DNA of 46,752 nt from a virus. Lineage: Duplodnaviria > Caudoviricetes. Made by a program: the position numbers and the translations under genes. The stretch is taken from positions 1-46,752 of the IMG/VR virus record IMGVR_UViG_3300030090_003175; one strand, given 5' to 3'. Shown here piece by piece: positions 17,008 through 24,796 of this stretch. The stretch's first letter is position 1; every line of letters starts with the position of its first letter. The notes below the pieces were generated by a model. The model had not been told where the DNA came from. It ran no database searches and saw only the letters and a list, made by a program, of their open reading frames with translations.

Positions 17008-17317
17008 GCACGATTTAGATAAATTAGTAAGATGGTCAGTAGATAGCGATTTAAAGAAATTTGCAGAAGATGCATATGGAATAACAGGAACCGCTTTTGA
17101 TGAGATGAATGGTATGGACGATTACTTACGAGGTAAATTCAGACAGATGCAGACCAATTTTATATTTTGGTTAGGTGGATTAGATAACAAGAACAGAATA
17201 AGATTAGCAAGAAATATTACATTTGGTGGAACAGAAGAAGAGTTTGACCCAAATGAAATAGGTATTGAAGCAACAAAAATGATGAAGAGACAAATTAACG
17301 AAAAAGGAGAAAAATAA
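17000..17317 (+). CDS. Hypothetical protein
   Basis: 105 aa; AAGGAG RBS. Confidence 0.8.
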   Translation: MNKHDLDKLVRWSVDSDLKKFAEDAYGITGTAFDEMNGMDDYLRGKFRQMQTNFIFWLGGLDNKNRIRLARNITFGGTEEEFDPNEIGIEATKMMKRQINEKGEK

Positions 17318-17811
17318 TGGGAATGGACGTACACGGAATAAATCCAAAAATGAACAAGTCAATCGATAATTACAAAACATATGAAAAATGGAATAAGATT
17401 GATTGGAAAGATAGAGATGGAAAATACAACAAAGAATGGGAAAAAGAAAAAGATACATTTTATTCAGAAATGGATAAACGTGAAAAAGACAATAGAGGTA
17501 TCTATTTCCGCAATAGTTGTTGGTGGTGGAGGCCGCTATGGGATTATTGCAGACACGTTGCACCGCACCTAATTTCAGAAGAATTATGGGAAAGTGGACA
17601 TCACAATGATGGCAAAGGATTAAACGCCAAAGATGCAAAGGAGCTTGGTGAAATATTGATGGAAAATATTGCAAATGGTAGCGCCATACAATATGAAAAA
17701 GATTACAATGATATGTATGAGGGTGAAGAATATCACTATCCATATGATGTTGAGAATGTTGAGAACTTTGCTTTATTTTGTATTGAAAGCGGTGGATTTG
17801 AGATATGTTAA
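17317..17811 (+). CDS. Conserved-type phage hypothetical protein (MGMD...YFRNxxWWWRPLW...GGFEIC)
   Basis: 164 aa; AAGGAG RBS; aromatic-rich motif. Confidence 0.8.
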   Translation: MGMDVHGINPKMNKSIDNYKTYEKWNKIDWKDRDGKYNKEWEKEKDTFYSEMDKREKDNRGIYFRNSCWWWRPLWDYCRHVAPHLISEELWESGHHNDGKGLNAKDAKELGEILMENIANGSAIQYEKDYNDMYEGEEYHYPYDVENVENFALFCIESGGFEIC

Positions 17812-17969
17812 TGGAGGATTATTACACGGAAGATGAGATTGCCCATATGTGTTGGTACTATGGGCAGTACTCACACAATTTAACATACAATCAAAGAGCA
17901 ATCCTGGTGGAGAAATACGAAAATATGATTGATGATAAGATAAAGCAAATAGAAAAGAAAAGGAGTTAA
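17811..17969 (+). CDS. Small hypothetical protein, 52 aa
   Basis: MEDYYTEDEIAHMCWYY...KKRS*; TAATG coupling. Confidence 0.6.
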   Translation: MEDYYTEDEIAHMCWYYGQYSHNLTYNQRAILVEKYENMIDDKIKQIEKKRS

Positions 17970-17970
17970 G

Positions 17971-18111
17971 ATGGATAATGATTTGAACAAACTTAAAATA
18001 ATAGTAGCACGAGAACAAAGTTATTATGATAAGGACTATTCATACCCTTATTATGAAGCCTATAAATTTGTTTTAAATGAAATAGATAAATTACTAAAGG
18101 AGAAAAAATGA
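17971..18111 (+). CDS. Small hypothetical protein, 46 aa
   Basis: MDNDLNKLK...KEKK*; AAGGAG RBS. Confidence 0.65.
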   Translation: MDNDLNKLKIIVAREQSYYDKDYSYPYYEAYKFVLNEIDKLLKEKK

Positions 18112-18254
18112 ATAAATTTGAAATTATAGCAAAGTGGATTCACTCAGAAAGTGATGAGCCTATTTCAGAAATTGAATGGCTACTGAAAGAGAAGTATAAA
18201 ACAGAAGAAAACTTACTCAAAGATTATGATGATGTAATTAAGGAGGAAAAATGA
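18108..18254 (+). CDS. Small hypothetical protein, 48 aa
   Basis: MNKFEIIAKW...KEEK*; ATGA overlap; AAGGAG RBS. Confidence 0.65.
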   Translation: MNKFEIIAKWIHSESDEPISEIEWLLKEKYKTEENLLKDYDDVIKEEK

Positions 18255-18415
18255 TAAATAAAGTAAATAAAAAAGATGTTATAGAGGCAATGGAATATTT
18301 TTTTGTAGAGGGTTTTATTGATGAATTAACAACAGATAAAAAGTATTACACAAAAATATTATTAAACAATGCCGCAAATCAATATGGTATTAAATTAGAA
18401 TGGGAGGGAGAATGA
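18251..18415 (+). CDS. Small hypothetical protein, 54 aa
   Basis: MINKVNKKDVIEAMEYFF...WEGE*; AAGGAGG RBS. Confidence 0.65.
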   Translation: MINKVNKKDVIEAMEYFFVEGFIDELTTDKKYYTKILLNNAANQYGIKLEWEGE

Positions 18416-18534
18416 AATATAAAATTGTAGAAGGTTTTATAGAATGGTTTATAAAAGAACAAAATGATGATTGTTGTCAAAAAGATATTATGCTTGATTC
18501 ATTAGTGAGATATTTAGAAAAGGAGGAAGAATGA
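18412..18534 (+). CDS. Small hypothetical protein, 40 aa
   Basis: MKYKIVEGFIEWF...KEEE*; GGAGG RBS. Confidence 0.6.
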   Translation: MKYKIVEGFIEWFIKEQNDDCCQKDIMLDSLVRYLEKEEE

Positions 18535-18749
18535 TAATATTAACAGAACATATGAAAAAAGATATAGCAAAACTGAAAGGAAATAAAATGCATAAAATGA
18601 GTAAAGAATCCGCAAGTACATTAGTAAGTTTACAAAAGAGATTAGACAAAGCAGAGAAGATTAATAAGATATATGAGAAATTTCTTGATAAATTATTGCT
18701 TGATTGTGAAAAACTATGTGAAAAACTAGATAAAGAGGAGGGTAGATAA
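18531..18749 (+). CDS. Small coiled-coil protein
   Basis: 72 aa; AAGGAGG RBS. Confidence 0.7.
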   Translation: MIILTEHMKKDIAKLKGNKMHKMSKESASTLVSLQKRLDKAEKINKIYEKFLDKLLLDCEKLCEKLDKEEGR

Positions 18750-18871
18750 TGCCAAATAGAAAAGCGAAAGAAAGAAAGATGGAACGTAAACGTAAGAACC
18801 TTGAAATAAAGAGATGGAAGCGAGAACAGAAAAAATTAAGAAAGGAGAAAAATGAAAGAAAAAAGAAATGA
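18749..18871 (+). CDS. Very basic 40-aa peptide
   Basis: MPNRKAKERKMERKRKNLEIKRWKREQKKLRKEKNERKKK*; GGAGG RBS. Confidence 0.6.
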   Translation: MPNRKAKERKMERKRKNLEIKRWKREQKKLRKEKNERKKK

Positions 18872-19040
18872 AAAAGGATTTACAGAATTAGAAAAAAGAT
18901 TAATTGATGTTATTGATAATTTTATCCTATGGAATACAACGGAATCAGACAGAGGATTAGCAGAAGAATTTATTGAAGCAGATTTATCTTGTGGAGTTGA
19001 TTATAATGAATGGTTTCAATTAAAAAAGGAGGGAGAATGA
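18852..19040 (+). CDS. Small acidic protein
   Basis: 62 aa; AAGGAG RBS. Confidence 0.7.
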   Translation: MKEKRNEKGFTELEKRLIDVIDNFILWNTTESDRGLAEEFIEADLSCGVDYNEWFQLKKEGE

Positions 19041-19210
19041 GCAAGATGAAAGACCTGGTGCAATTTTTTTTGGAAGAATATGGATATGATTTAGGATACA
19101 CAATTCATACTCTTCCTAAAATAGAGGATATACAAGCGGTAGCAATGACAAGAACGCCAGTATGGACATATTTTGGAAAAACAGAAAAAGAATATTATGG
19201 AGGTAGATAA
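19037..19210 (+). CDS. Small hypothetical protein
   Basis: Start re-assigned to MSKMKDL (AAGGAGG RBS, ATGA overlap). Confidence 0.7.
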   Translation: MSKMKDLVQFFLEEYGYDLGYTIHTLPKIEDIQAVAMTRTPVWTYFGKTEKEYYGGR

Positions 19211-19290
19211 TGATATTACTTTTAATTTTAGTTTTAATATTAGTTTTTATTGATGTTGTTATAAATTATAAAATAAACAAGGAGGAATGA
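19210..19290 (+). CDS. 26-aa single-transmembrane peptide
   Basis: MILLLILVLILVFIDVVINYKINKEE*; GGAGGT RBS; coupled on both sides. Confidence 0.55.
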   Translation: MILLLILVLILVFIDVVINYKINKEE

Positions 19291-19460
19291 TGGAAGAAAT
19301 AATAAGAATGTTAAAAGCAATGAATGATAATGAATCAAATAATGTTTTTGCGCGCGAAATTGCCCTTTTATGCGAAGAAAATGATAAATTAAGGGCAGAG
19401 TTAAGGGAAGTAAAAATGATGATAGAAAACAATAACAATAAAAAAATAAAAAATAACTAA
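19287..19460 (+). CDS. Small coiled-coil protein, about 57 aa
   Basis: MMEEIIRMLKAM...KIKNN*; AAGGAGG RBS. Confidence 0.65.
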   Translation: MMEEIIRMLKAMNDNESNNVFAREIALLCEENDKLRAELREVKMMIENNNNKKIKNN

Positions 19461-19505
19461 CAACATAATGATATATGTTATTATATTAATAGCATATTAA
19501 ATATG
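19458..19505. promoter_or_regulatory. Inverted repeats; putative operator/promoter upstream of the RHH gene
   Basis: TAACAACATA-atgata-TATGTTATTA (19458-83, 9 of 10 arm positions match) and CATAT-taa-ATATG (19493-19505). Confidence 0.5.
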
Positions 19506-19526
19506 TATAACAAAGGGGATAAATAT

Positions 19527-19673
19527 ATGGAAGATAATACATCTTATTTAGTCAAAGGAATCGATAAAGACCTTTGGGTAAAATTCAAAGTTAAATGCAT
19601 CAGAAGCGAACATAAGACAATAGCAGATTGCTTTAGATGGTTTATAAAAGAGTATTCAAGAGGAAATATTTAG
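19527..19673 (+). CDS. Ribbon-helix-helix (Arc/CopG-like) DNA-binding protein, 48 aa
   Basis: MEDNTSYLVKGIDKDLWVKFKVKCIRSEHKTIADCFRWFIKEYSRGNI*: beta strand followed by two amphipathic helices; AGGGG RBS. Confidence 0.75.
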   Translation: MEDNTSYLVKGIDKDLWVKFKVKCIRSEHKTIADCFRWFIKEYSRGNI

Positions 19674-20464
19674 TGCTAAGTAAACAAAGTCCAACTGATA
19701 TTGAAGGAATCTACGATTCATATCTTAATGAATTGCAAGATAAAAACAGAAGAGAAAGGTACGAGGGTATGGAATCTTGGTATCATGCTTCTGGCGCAGG
19801 CTCTTGTTCAAGAAAATTGTATTTTGAATCTGTTGAACAGATAAAACCTACAAGTGTTTTTGATGAAAGAACAAAGAGGTTGCTTCAACTTGGTAATTTA
19901 ATTCATGATGATGTTCAGAAGTCTCTTACGCACGCACGCGCACTTCATAGAGATATATCTATAGATAATACACAACTTAAAAAAGAAATTAAAAATAAAG
20001 AAAAAGATGTGGAATTTTTAGTGGAAGGTGAAGTAAGAATTGATGAACTAAATGTTAGAGGTTTTTATGATATAGTTGCAAAACAAACAGATGATGGTAA
20101 ACGTATTTATTTGTATGATATAAAAACTTGCGGCGCTTGGTCTTGGAAGATGAAGTTTGGTAGGAAAAAAACTTTAAATCCAAGTATTCATTATGAATTG
20201 CAGTTAGGCACATATGGGTACGCACTTAAACAACAATTCGGACAATTAGATGGTATGTTTCTTTATTATTACAATAAGGATGATTCTAAGATGAAGTGTG
20301 TAGAGGTACCACTTACTTATATATCAAGAGCATATCTTTTTTGGAAGAATATAAACGATGAACATAAACAAGGGTTACCACAGTTTAGAACTGGAGTATC
20401 TCCAGTACAAAAATGGCAATGTAATTATTGTCAATTTAGAGAACATTGTAACCCACCAACGTAA
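19673..20464 (+). CDS. Cas4/AddB-like PD-(D/E)XK exonuclease with four Fe-S cysteines
   Basis: GSCSRKLYF, GNLIHD, RGFYD, YDIKT, QLGTY, CNYCQFREHC; GTG start overlapping the RHH stop. Confidence 0.85.
   Translation: MLSKQSPTDIEGIYDSYLNELQDKNRRERYEGMESWYHASGAGSCSRKLYFESVEQIKPTSVFDERTKRLLQLGNLIHDDVQKSLTHARALHRDISIDNTQLKKEIKNKEKDVEFLVEGEVRIDELNVRGFYDIVAKQTDDGKRIYLYDIKTCGAWSWKMKFGRKKTLNPSIHYELQLGTYGYALKQQFGQLDGMFLYYYNKDDSKMKCVEVPLTYISRAYLFWKNINDEHKQGLPQFRTGVSPVQKWQCNYCQFREHCNPPT
19948..20008 (+). repeat. 61-bp dispersed repeat, copy 2 (in frame inside the exonuclease gene)
   Basis: Matches 14040-14100; preceded by (ACGC)3 at 19928-39; encodes RDISIDNTQLKKEIKNKEKD. Confidence 0.85.
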
Positions 20465-20474
20465 AGGAGTGAAT

Positions 20475-21038
20475 ATGAGTAATACAAAACAAAGCACATT
20501 CATGAAACTCTTCAAGACAGACGTAAGCGAATATACACAAAAGAAAGGTAGATTCAATTACTTGTCTTGGGCATATGCAGTACAAGAGCTTAAACGCGCT
20601 TGTCCAAATGCAAGATGGGGTGTAACGAAAGCAGAGGATGGTTCTCCATTCTTTAAAACAGATTGCGGTTATTTTGTTGATGTATGGGTAGAAGTTGATG
20701 GTGTCTCACTATCGCAAATACATCCAGTATTAGATAATCGAAATCAACCAATAGAAAAACCAAATGCTTTTCAGATTAATACAAGTCTACAAAGAGCATT
20801 AGCAAAAGCAATAGCATTGCATGGATTAGGATTATATATCTTTGCAGGTGAAGATTTGCCAGAGCCAGATGCTTTATCAGATAAGGAAGCTAAGGATTTA
20901 TATAAATTAGCAGAACCTCTTGGTAAAGATATTGTAGATAATCTAAAAGTTAAAGTAAATGAAATGTCGATTCATGCACATAACTACGAAGCATGTGTAG
21001 AAAAAGTACAAAACATGATAAAAGAGAAAGGAAAATAA
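20475..21038 (+). CDS. Sak/Rad52-like single-strand annealing protein (DUF1071)
   Basis: FNYLSWAYA, HPVLDNRNQPI, FQINTSLQRALAKAIALHGLGLYIFAGEDLP; start re-assigned to MSNTK (AAGGAG). Confidence 0.9.
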   Translation: MSNTKQSTFMKLFKTDVSEYTQKKGRFNYLSWAYAVQELKRACPNARWGVTKAEDGSPFFKTDCGYFVDVWVEVDGVSLSQIHPVLDNRNQPIEKPNAFQINTSLQRALAKAIALHGLGLYIFAGEDLPEPDALSDKEAKDLYKLAEPLGKDIVDNLKVKVNEMSIHAHNYEACVEKVQNMIKEKGK

Positions 21039-21039
21039 C

Positions 21040-21666
21040 ATGGCAGACGTAAATGATATGTTTAATGAAGTGACTAAAGAACAGAGCTTTTATGTGAAAG
21101 GTGAAAAAAAGAAATTTACTCCTTTTACAAAAGGTGAGTACTATGGTCATATAACTGAAGTTGATTCTAAAATACTTGATGTTAAAGGTGGTCAGTATAA
21201 GGCGAGATTATATACTTATACTGTGACTGTAGCGCCTGAAAATAGTAGAGCAATGTTTCAGTATGAAGGTATAGATGGCAATATGATTAAAACAGATGGT
21301 AAACCATATGTAGGCAAAACATTTAAAGGTAAACTTTGGAGATTCTTAGAACCTTCAAAAGATGATACTTTTGAATCTAATGTTAGCGGCAATAAAGGTT
21401 ATCTTAGGTTTTGTCAAACAATAGGTGTTGAATGTCCAACAGAAACCAGGACAGTTGATGGTAATGATATTGAAGTACAAATCTTACCAACTTTATCTCC
21501 AGATAATATGCTTGGGCAACCAGTCATTGCATTTGTTGATAAAGGTAGAGAGTTTACTAACAAAAGAGGTGAAAGAACTTTTTTCTGGGATTGTAAATTC
21601 TGTAAAAAGTGGAACGATGGAAAGAAGATAGATATAAGTGACGGTAATTCGGATATACCGTTTTAA
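21040..21666 (+). CDS. Single-stranded DNA-binding protein-like
   Basis: Follows the annealase; GEYYGHITEV beta-rich core; acidic C-terminal DIPF tail. Confidence 0.7.
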   Translation: MADVNDMFNEVTKEQSFYVKGEKKKFTPFTKGEYYGHITEVDSKILDVKGGQYKARLYTYTVTVAPENSRAMFQYEGIDGNMIKTDGKPYVGKTFKGKLWRFLEPSKDDTFESNVSGNKGYLRFCQTIGVECPTETRTVDGNDIEVQILPTLSPDNMLGQPVIAFVDKGREFTNKRGERTFFWDCKFCKKWNDGKKIDISDGNSDIPF

Positions 21667-21682
21667 CTTATAGAGGAAAAGA

Positions 21683-21740
21683 GTATGGGTGTACAAGTCT
21701 TAGTAATGTCAATAGCTTAGAAATTCTTGTATGCCCATAC
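21683..21740 (+). other. 15-bp RNA stem-loop (possible processing or stability site)
   Basis: GUAUGGGUGUACAAG pairs with CUUGUAUGCCCAUAC using two G-U pairs; no U-tract. Confidence 0.6.
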
Positions 21741-21765
21741 GATTAAATTAAATAAAGGAGATATA

Positions 21766-21999
21766 ATGGGTAGAGCAATACAAATGTCAAATGATATTGA
21801 ACTTTTAAAATCAAGAGTAGAAACACTTGAAAATCAATTAAGAGGGATGGTAGCAAAAATAGAATCATTAGATTCAAAAAAAACTAAACCAAAAAAAGAG
21901 GTAGTATATGAAGAAGAAGAAACCAACAATGAAGGAAATGACAAAGGTGGTGAACAATCTAATAGTAAATCTAGAAAATCTAGCAAAAAGACAGTATAA
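21766..21999 (+). CDS. Small coiled-coil protein
   Basis: Start re-assigned to MGRAIQ (AAGGAG RBS). Confidence 0.7.
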   Translation: MGRAIQMSNDIELLKSRVETLENQLRGMVAKIESLDSKKTKPKKEVVYEEEETNNEGNDKGGEQSNSKSRKSSKKTV

Positions 22000-22126
22000 T
22001 ATAGAGTTTGTTCAAGATAATTATTTAGAGTGGAAAAAGGAAAAAGATGAGTTTAAAAAATACATACAAACAAAAGCTGAAGAACTTATTAAAAGCAGAG
22101 ATAGCAAGGATGTATCTGACAAGTGA
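21908..22126 (+). CDS. Hypothetical protein
   Basis: 72 aa; GAGGT RBS; overlaps the upstream ORF by 92 nt. Confidence 0.7.
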   Translation: MKKKKPTMKEMTKVVNNLIVNLENLAKRQYNIEFVQDNYLEWKKEKDEFKKYIQTKAEELIKSRDSKDVSDK

Positions 22127-22496
22127 TGGTAAAAAATTCTTTGATGAAAATGAAGCTATAATGCATGAAAGTACTTTGGATAAATTAAGGATAAAAGAGA
22201 GGAGATGGGATAAAATGAAAACAAAAATAGCAGAGATTGTATGCAATATAATAAAAGAAAAACAATGGGGTATCTTCTTTAAAAATGAGCCAATGCAATA
22301 TCTACCAGTTCAAGACAACACTCCGATGTATAAAATCAATGAAGTGAAGGATGATGAACTAATGGATGCTATTGAAACCGCAATAGAAGAAAGGGTAAAT
22401 GAATGGCAAAATCATCAGGCCGAGCAAGAAGAAAATCAGATAGACAACGAATCATTGAGTGGTACAAAGCAGACCTTGAGAAATACAGAGGCATGA
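22110..22496 (+). CDS. Hypothetical protein (start uncertain)
   Basis: MYLTSDGKKFF...; part of ORF 22047-22496. Confidence 0.65.
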   Translation: MYLTSDGKKFFDENEAIMHESTLDKLRIKERRWDKMKTKIAEIVCNIIKEKQWGIFFKNEPMQYLPVQDNTPMYKINEVKDDELMDAIETAIEERVNEWQNHQAEQEENQIDNESLSGTKQTLRNTEA

Positions 22497-22624
22497 TAGG
22501 CGAAACTACCGAGTTTAATGTTATTGTTACTGATAAGTTAATAAAACAAACAGAAGATAGAATAAGTGAACTTGAAGAAAAAGAAGAAAGGTGGAAAAAA
22601 ACTATAAGTAATTTATTCACATAA
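22403..22624 (+). CDS. Hypothetical protein
   Basis: 73 aa; overlaps the upstream ORF by 94 nt. Confidence 0.65.
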   Translation: MAKSSGRARRKSDRQRIIEWYKADLEKYRGMIGETTEFNVIVTDKLIKQTEDRISELEEKEERWKKTISNLFT

Positions 22625-22637
22625 GAAAGGAGGTTTT

Positions 22638-22805
22638 ATGAATTGTTGGCATTGTAATAGCGAAGTCATATGGGGTGGAGACCATGACTATGAAGACTAT
22701 GGACTGGAAGGTGAAGGAATTGTTAGTAATTTAAGTTGTTCCAAATGTGATGCGGATTATTTAATTTACTTGCCAATACCAGAAGAAAATATAACTGAAA
22801 AATAG
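22638..22805 (+). CDS. Zinc-ribbon protein, 55 aa (not in the ORF track)
   Basis: MNCWHCNSEVIWGGDHDYED...NLSCSKCDA...; AAGGAGGT RBS. Confidence 0.8.
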   Translation: MNCWHCNSEVIWGGDHDYEDYGLEGEGIVSNLSCSKCDADYLIYLPIPEENITEK

Positions 22806-22838
22806 CGAGGACTTAATTGTCCTATAAAGGAGAATAAT

Positions 22839-24179
22839 ATGGAGTTAAATCTACCATACGATAGCGCTACTGAAAATTGTATCTTAGGCACTATCATAGA
22901 AAATCCAACAGAATATAATAATGTTGGTAAATATATAATAAACAATCAAGTGTTTTATCAAGACAGAGCTAGAAGGCTTTGGTATAAGATTGGACAAATG
23001 ATAAAATCAAAAGAGCATATAGATATGATTTCTGTATGCAGTTCTTTAAATGCAACTGACACGAAGATAGGACTTACATCATACTATGTAACTGAGTGTA
23101 CAAGTAATTCCACAAGTCCTGGTTCTCTTACTTTTTATGCAAATCAAATATATGAAAAGTATTTGTTGAGAAAAGTCATTGTGCAAACCGAAAAAATAAA
23201 AGACAAAGCAAAAAATAATTACAACGATGTGTATGATTCAATAGAAAAAGCACATTCAATATTTGGTGAATTACTTGATATAAGGCCAAGTCAAATTCAA
23301 GATATTGAGGATGTTATTACTGACACCTTATCCAGTATTAAAGAGAAGAAGTCAAAACTTATAAAAACTGGCTATCCTTCTGTTGATAGGTTTTCTGGTG
23401 GATTAACAAGGGGTGAAATTACTATTATAGGTGGAAGACCAGGTCATGGTAAAACTACAGTCATGATAAATATGCTATCAAAAGCATTGCAACAAGGATA
23501 TAAGGCTATGTTTTTTAGCAGAGAACTACCTAATTCAGAACTTATGAAAAAGATAATATGTCTTGAATCTGAACAACTATCATATGGAATGGTACGTAAG
23601 AATGTATTTAGTGATGATTCGTTAAAAATAGTAAACAATACTATATCACACATACGTAATAAATATTCTAGTGATAAATTCTTAATGTTTGATAATCTTA
23701 AAGACTTTTCTTCTTCGTCATCAGAATTAAAGAGGTTTAAGCCTGATATAATATTTGATGATTACATACAACTTATATCTTGTAAGGGTAGTCAAGGCGA
23801 AAGAAGATTGCAAATTGAGGAACTTGTTAATAATTATAAGTGGCTTGCCAAAGAAAATGATTGCGTGGTTGTTTTAGCATCACAACTAAATAGATTCATA
23901 GAAAGAAATAATACAAGAGGTAAAGCATTAATGCCTCAACTATCTGATTTAGCAGAAAGTGGTGCAATAGAGCAAGTAGCAGAGAATGTTTTCTTTTCAT
24001 ACTATGACTATAAAGTTCAAGGCGAAGCAGGTAAAGGTAAGAATATAATAACTTTAATAGCATCAAAGGTAAGATACGGAGATTCTGGATATGCAGATTT
24101 AGGTTATGATGGAGATAAATGTAAAATATATAATTCAATAGGAGAGATGATAAATGACGAATTACCGTTCAAAGATTAA
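22839..24179 (+). CDS. dnaB: Replicative DNA helicase, DnaB family
   Basis: N-terminal LPYDSATENCILG; TGYPSVD; Walker A GGRPGHGKT; DDYIQL; ASQLNR; LSDLAESGAIEQVA; KVRYG. Confidence 0.95.
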   Translation: MELNLPYDSATENCILGTIIENPTEYNNVGKYIINNQVFYQDRARRLWYKIGQMIKSKEHIDMISVCSSLNATDTKIGLTSYYVTECTSNSTSPGSLTFYANQIYEKYLLRKVIVQTEKIKDKAKNNYNDVYDSIEKAHSIFGELLDIRPSQIQDIEDVITDTLSSIKEKKSKLIKTGYPSVDRFSGGLTRGEITIIGGRPGHGKTTVMINMLSKALQQGYKAMFFSRELPNSELMKKIICLESEQLSYGMVRKNVFSDDSLKIVNNTISHIRNKYSSDKFLMFDNLKDFSSSSSELKRFKPDIIFDDYIQLISCKGSQGERRLQIEELVNNYKWLAKENDCVVVLASQLNRFIERNNTRGKALMPQLSDLAESGAIEQVAENVFFSYYDYKVQGEAGKGKNIITLIASKVRYGDSGYADLGYDGDKCKIYNSIGEMINDELPFKD

Positions 24180-24648
24180 ATATAAATATATAGGTATAGA
24201 CCCAGGTAAATCTGGAGGCATTGCTTGTATAGATGAGAATGAAAATATCATAGCATATAAATGTCCAGATTCAAGTGAAGATATGGCGCTTTTGTTTGAG
24301 GTTATTATAGGTGATACACCTCCAGATAATATAAGATTAGTCATGGAGAGAGTATGGGCTAGACCAACCAACGCAGTAAGAGCCGCATTTTCATATGGTA
24401 CAAATTATGGACAATGGCTTGGTATCGCAGCATCTCATGAAGTTAAAATGAATACTGCAATTCCATCAGATTGGATTAGATGGATTGGATGCCCAAAGTC
24501 TTTAAAAAGTGTTATAAGAAAAAGATGGTTAAAAGATAAAGCGAAAGAGTGTTATCCTAAATTAAAAAAAATAACACTTAAAACATCAGATGCAATATTA
24601 ATAGCTAAATACGCAAAGGAGGAGTATTTCAATGAGTTACGAAAATAA
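24154..24648 (+). CDS. RuvC-like Holliday junction resolvase
   Basis: IGIDPGKSGGIA, VMERV, FSYGTNYG, SDAILIA. Confidence 0.85.
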   Translation: MTNYRSKIKYKYIGIDPGKSGGIACIDENENIIAYKCPDSSEDMALLFEVIIGDTPPDNIRLVMERVWARPTNAVRAAFSYGTNYGQWLGIAASHEVKMNTAIPSDWIRWIGCPKSLKSVIRKRWLKDKAKECYPKLKKITLKTSDAILIAKYAKEEYFNELRK

Positions 24649-24796
24649 AAAAAAATGTACATTTGTACCAATGAGCAGTAAAGGTAGGGTAAAATACAAA
24701 AAGAAAAAGAAAACTAATATAATAGTAAATAAATCACAAATATTAAGAGAATGGAGAGAGAGCTGGTTTAAAGGTGAGTATGAAACAGAAAATTAA
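24632..24796 (+). CDS. Small basic protein, 54 aa
   Basis: MSYENKKKCTFVPM...ETEN*; AAGGAGG RBS. Confidence 0.55.
   Translation: MSYENKKKCTFVPMSSKGRVKYKKKKKTNIIVNKSQILREWRESWFKGEYETEN

Noticed and set aside
19458-19483. Canonical dif (XerCD) site
   Set aside because: It contains AACATAA but lacks the TTATGTTAAAT arm at the right spacing; kept only as an operator or candidate site.
19673-20464. CRISPR-Cas system suggested by the Cas4-like gene
   Set aside because: No repeat-spacer array or other cas genes seen; the exonuclease-Sak-SSB context indicates recombination.
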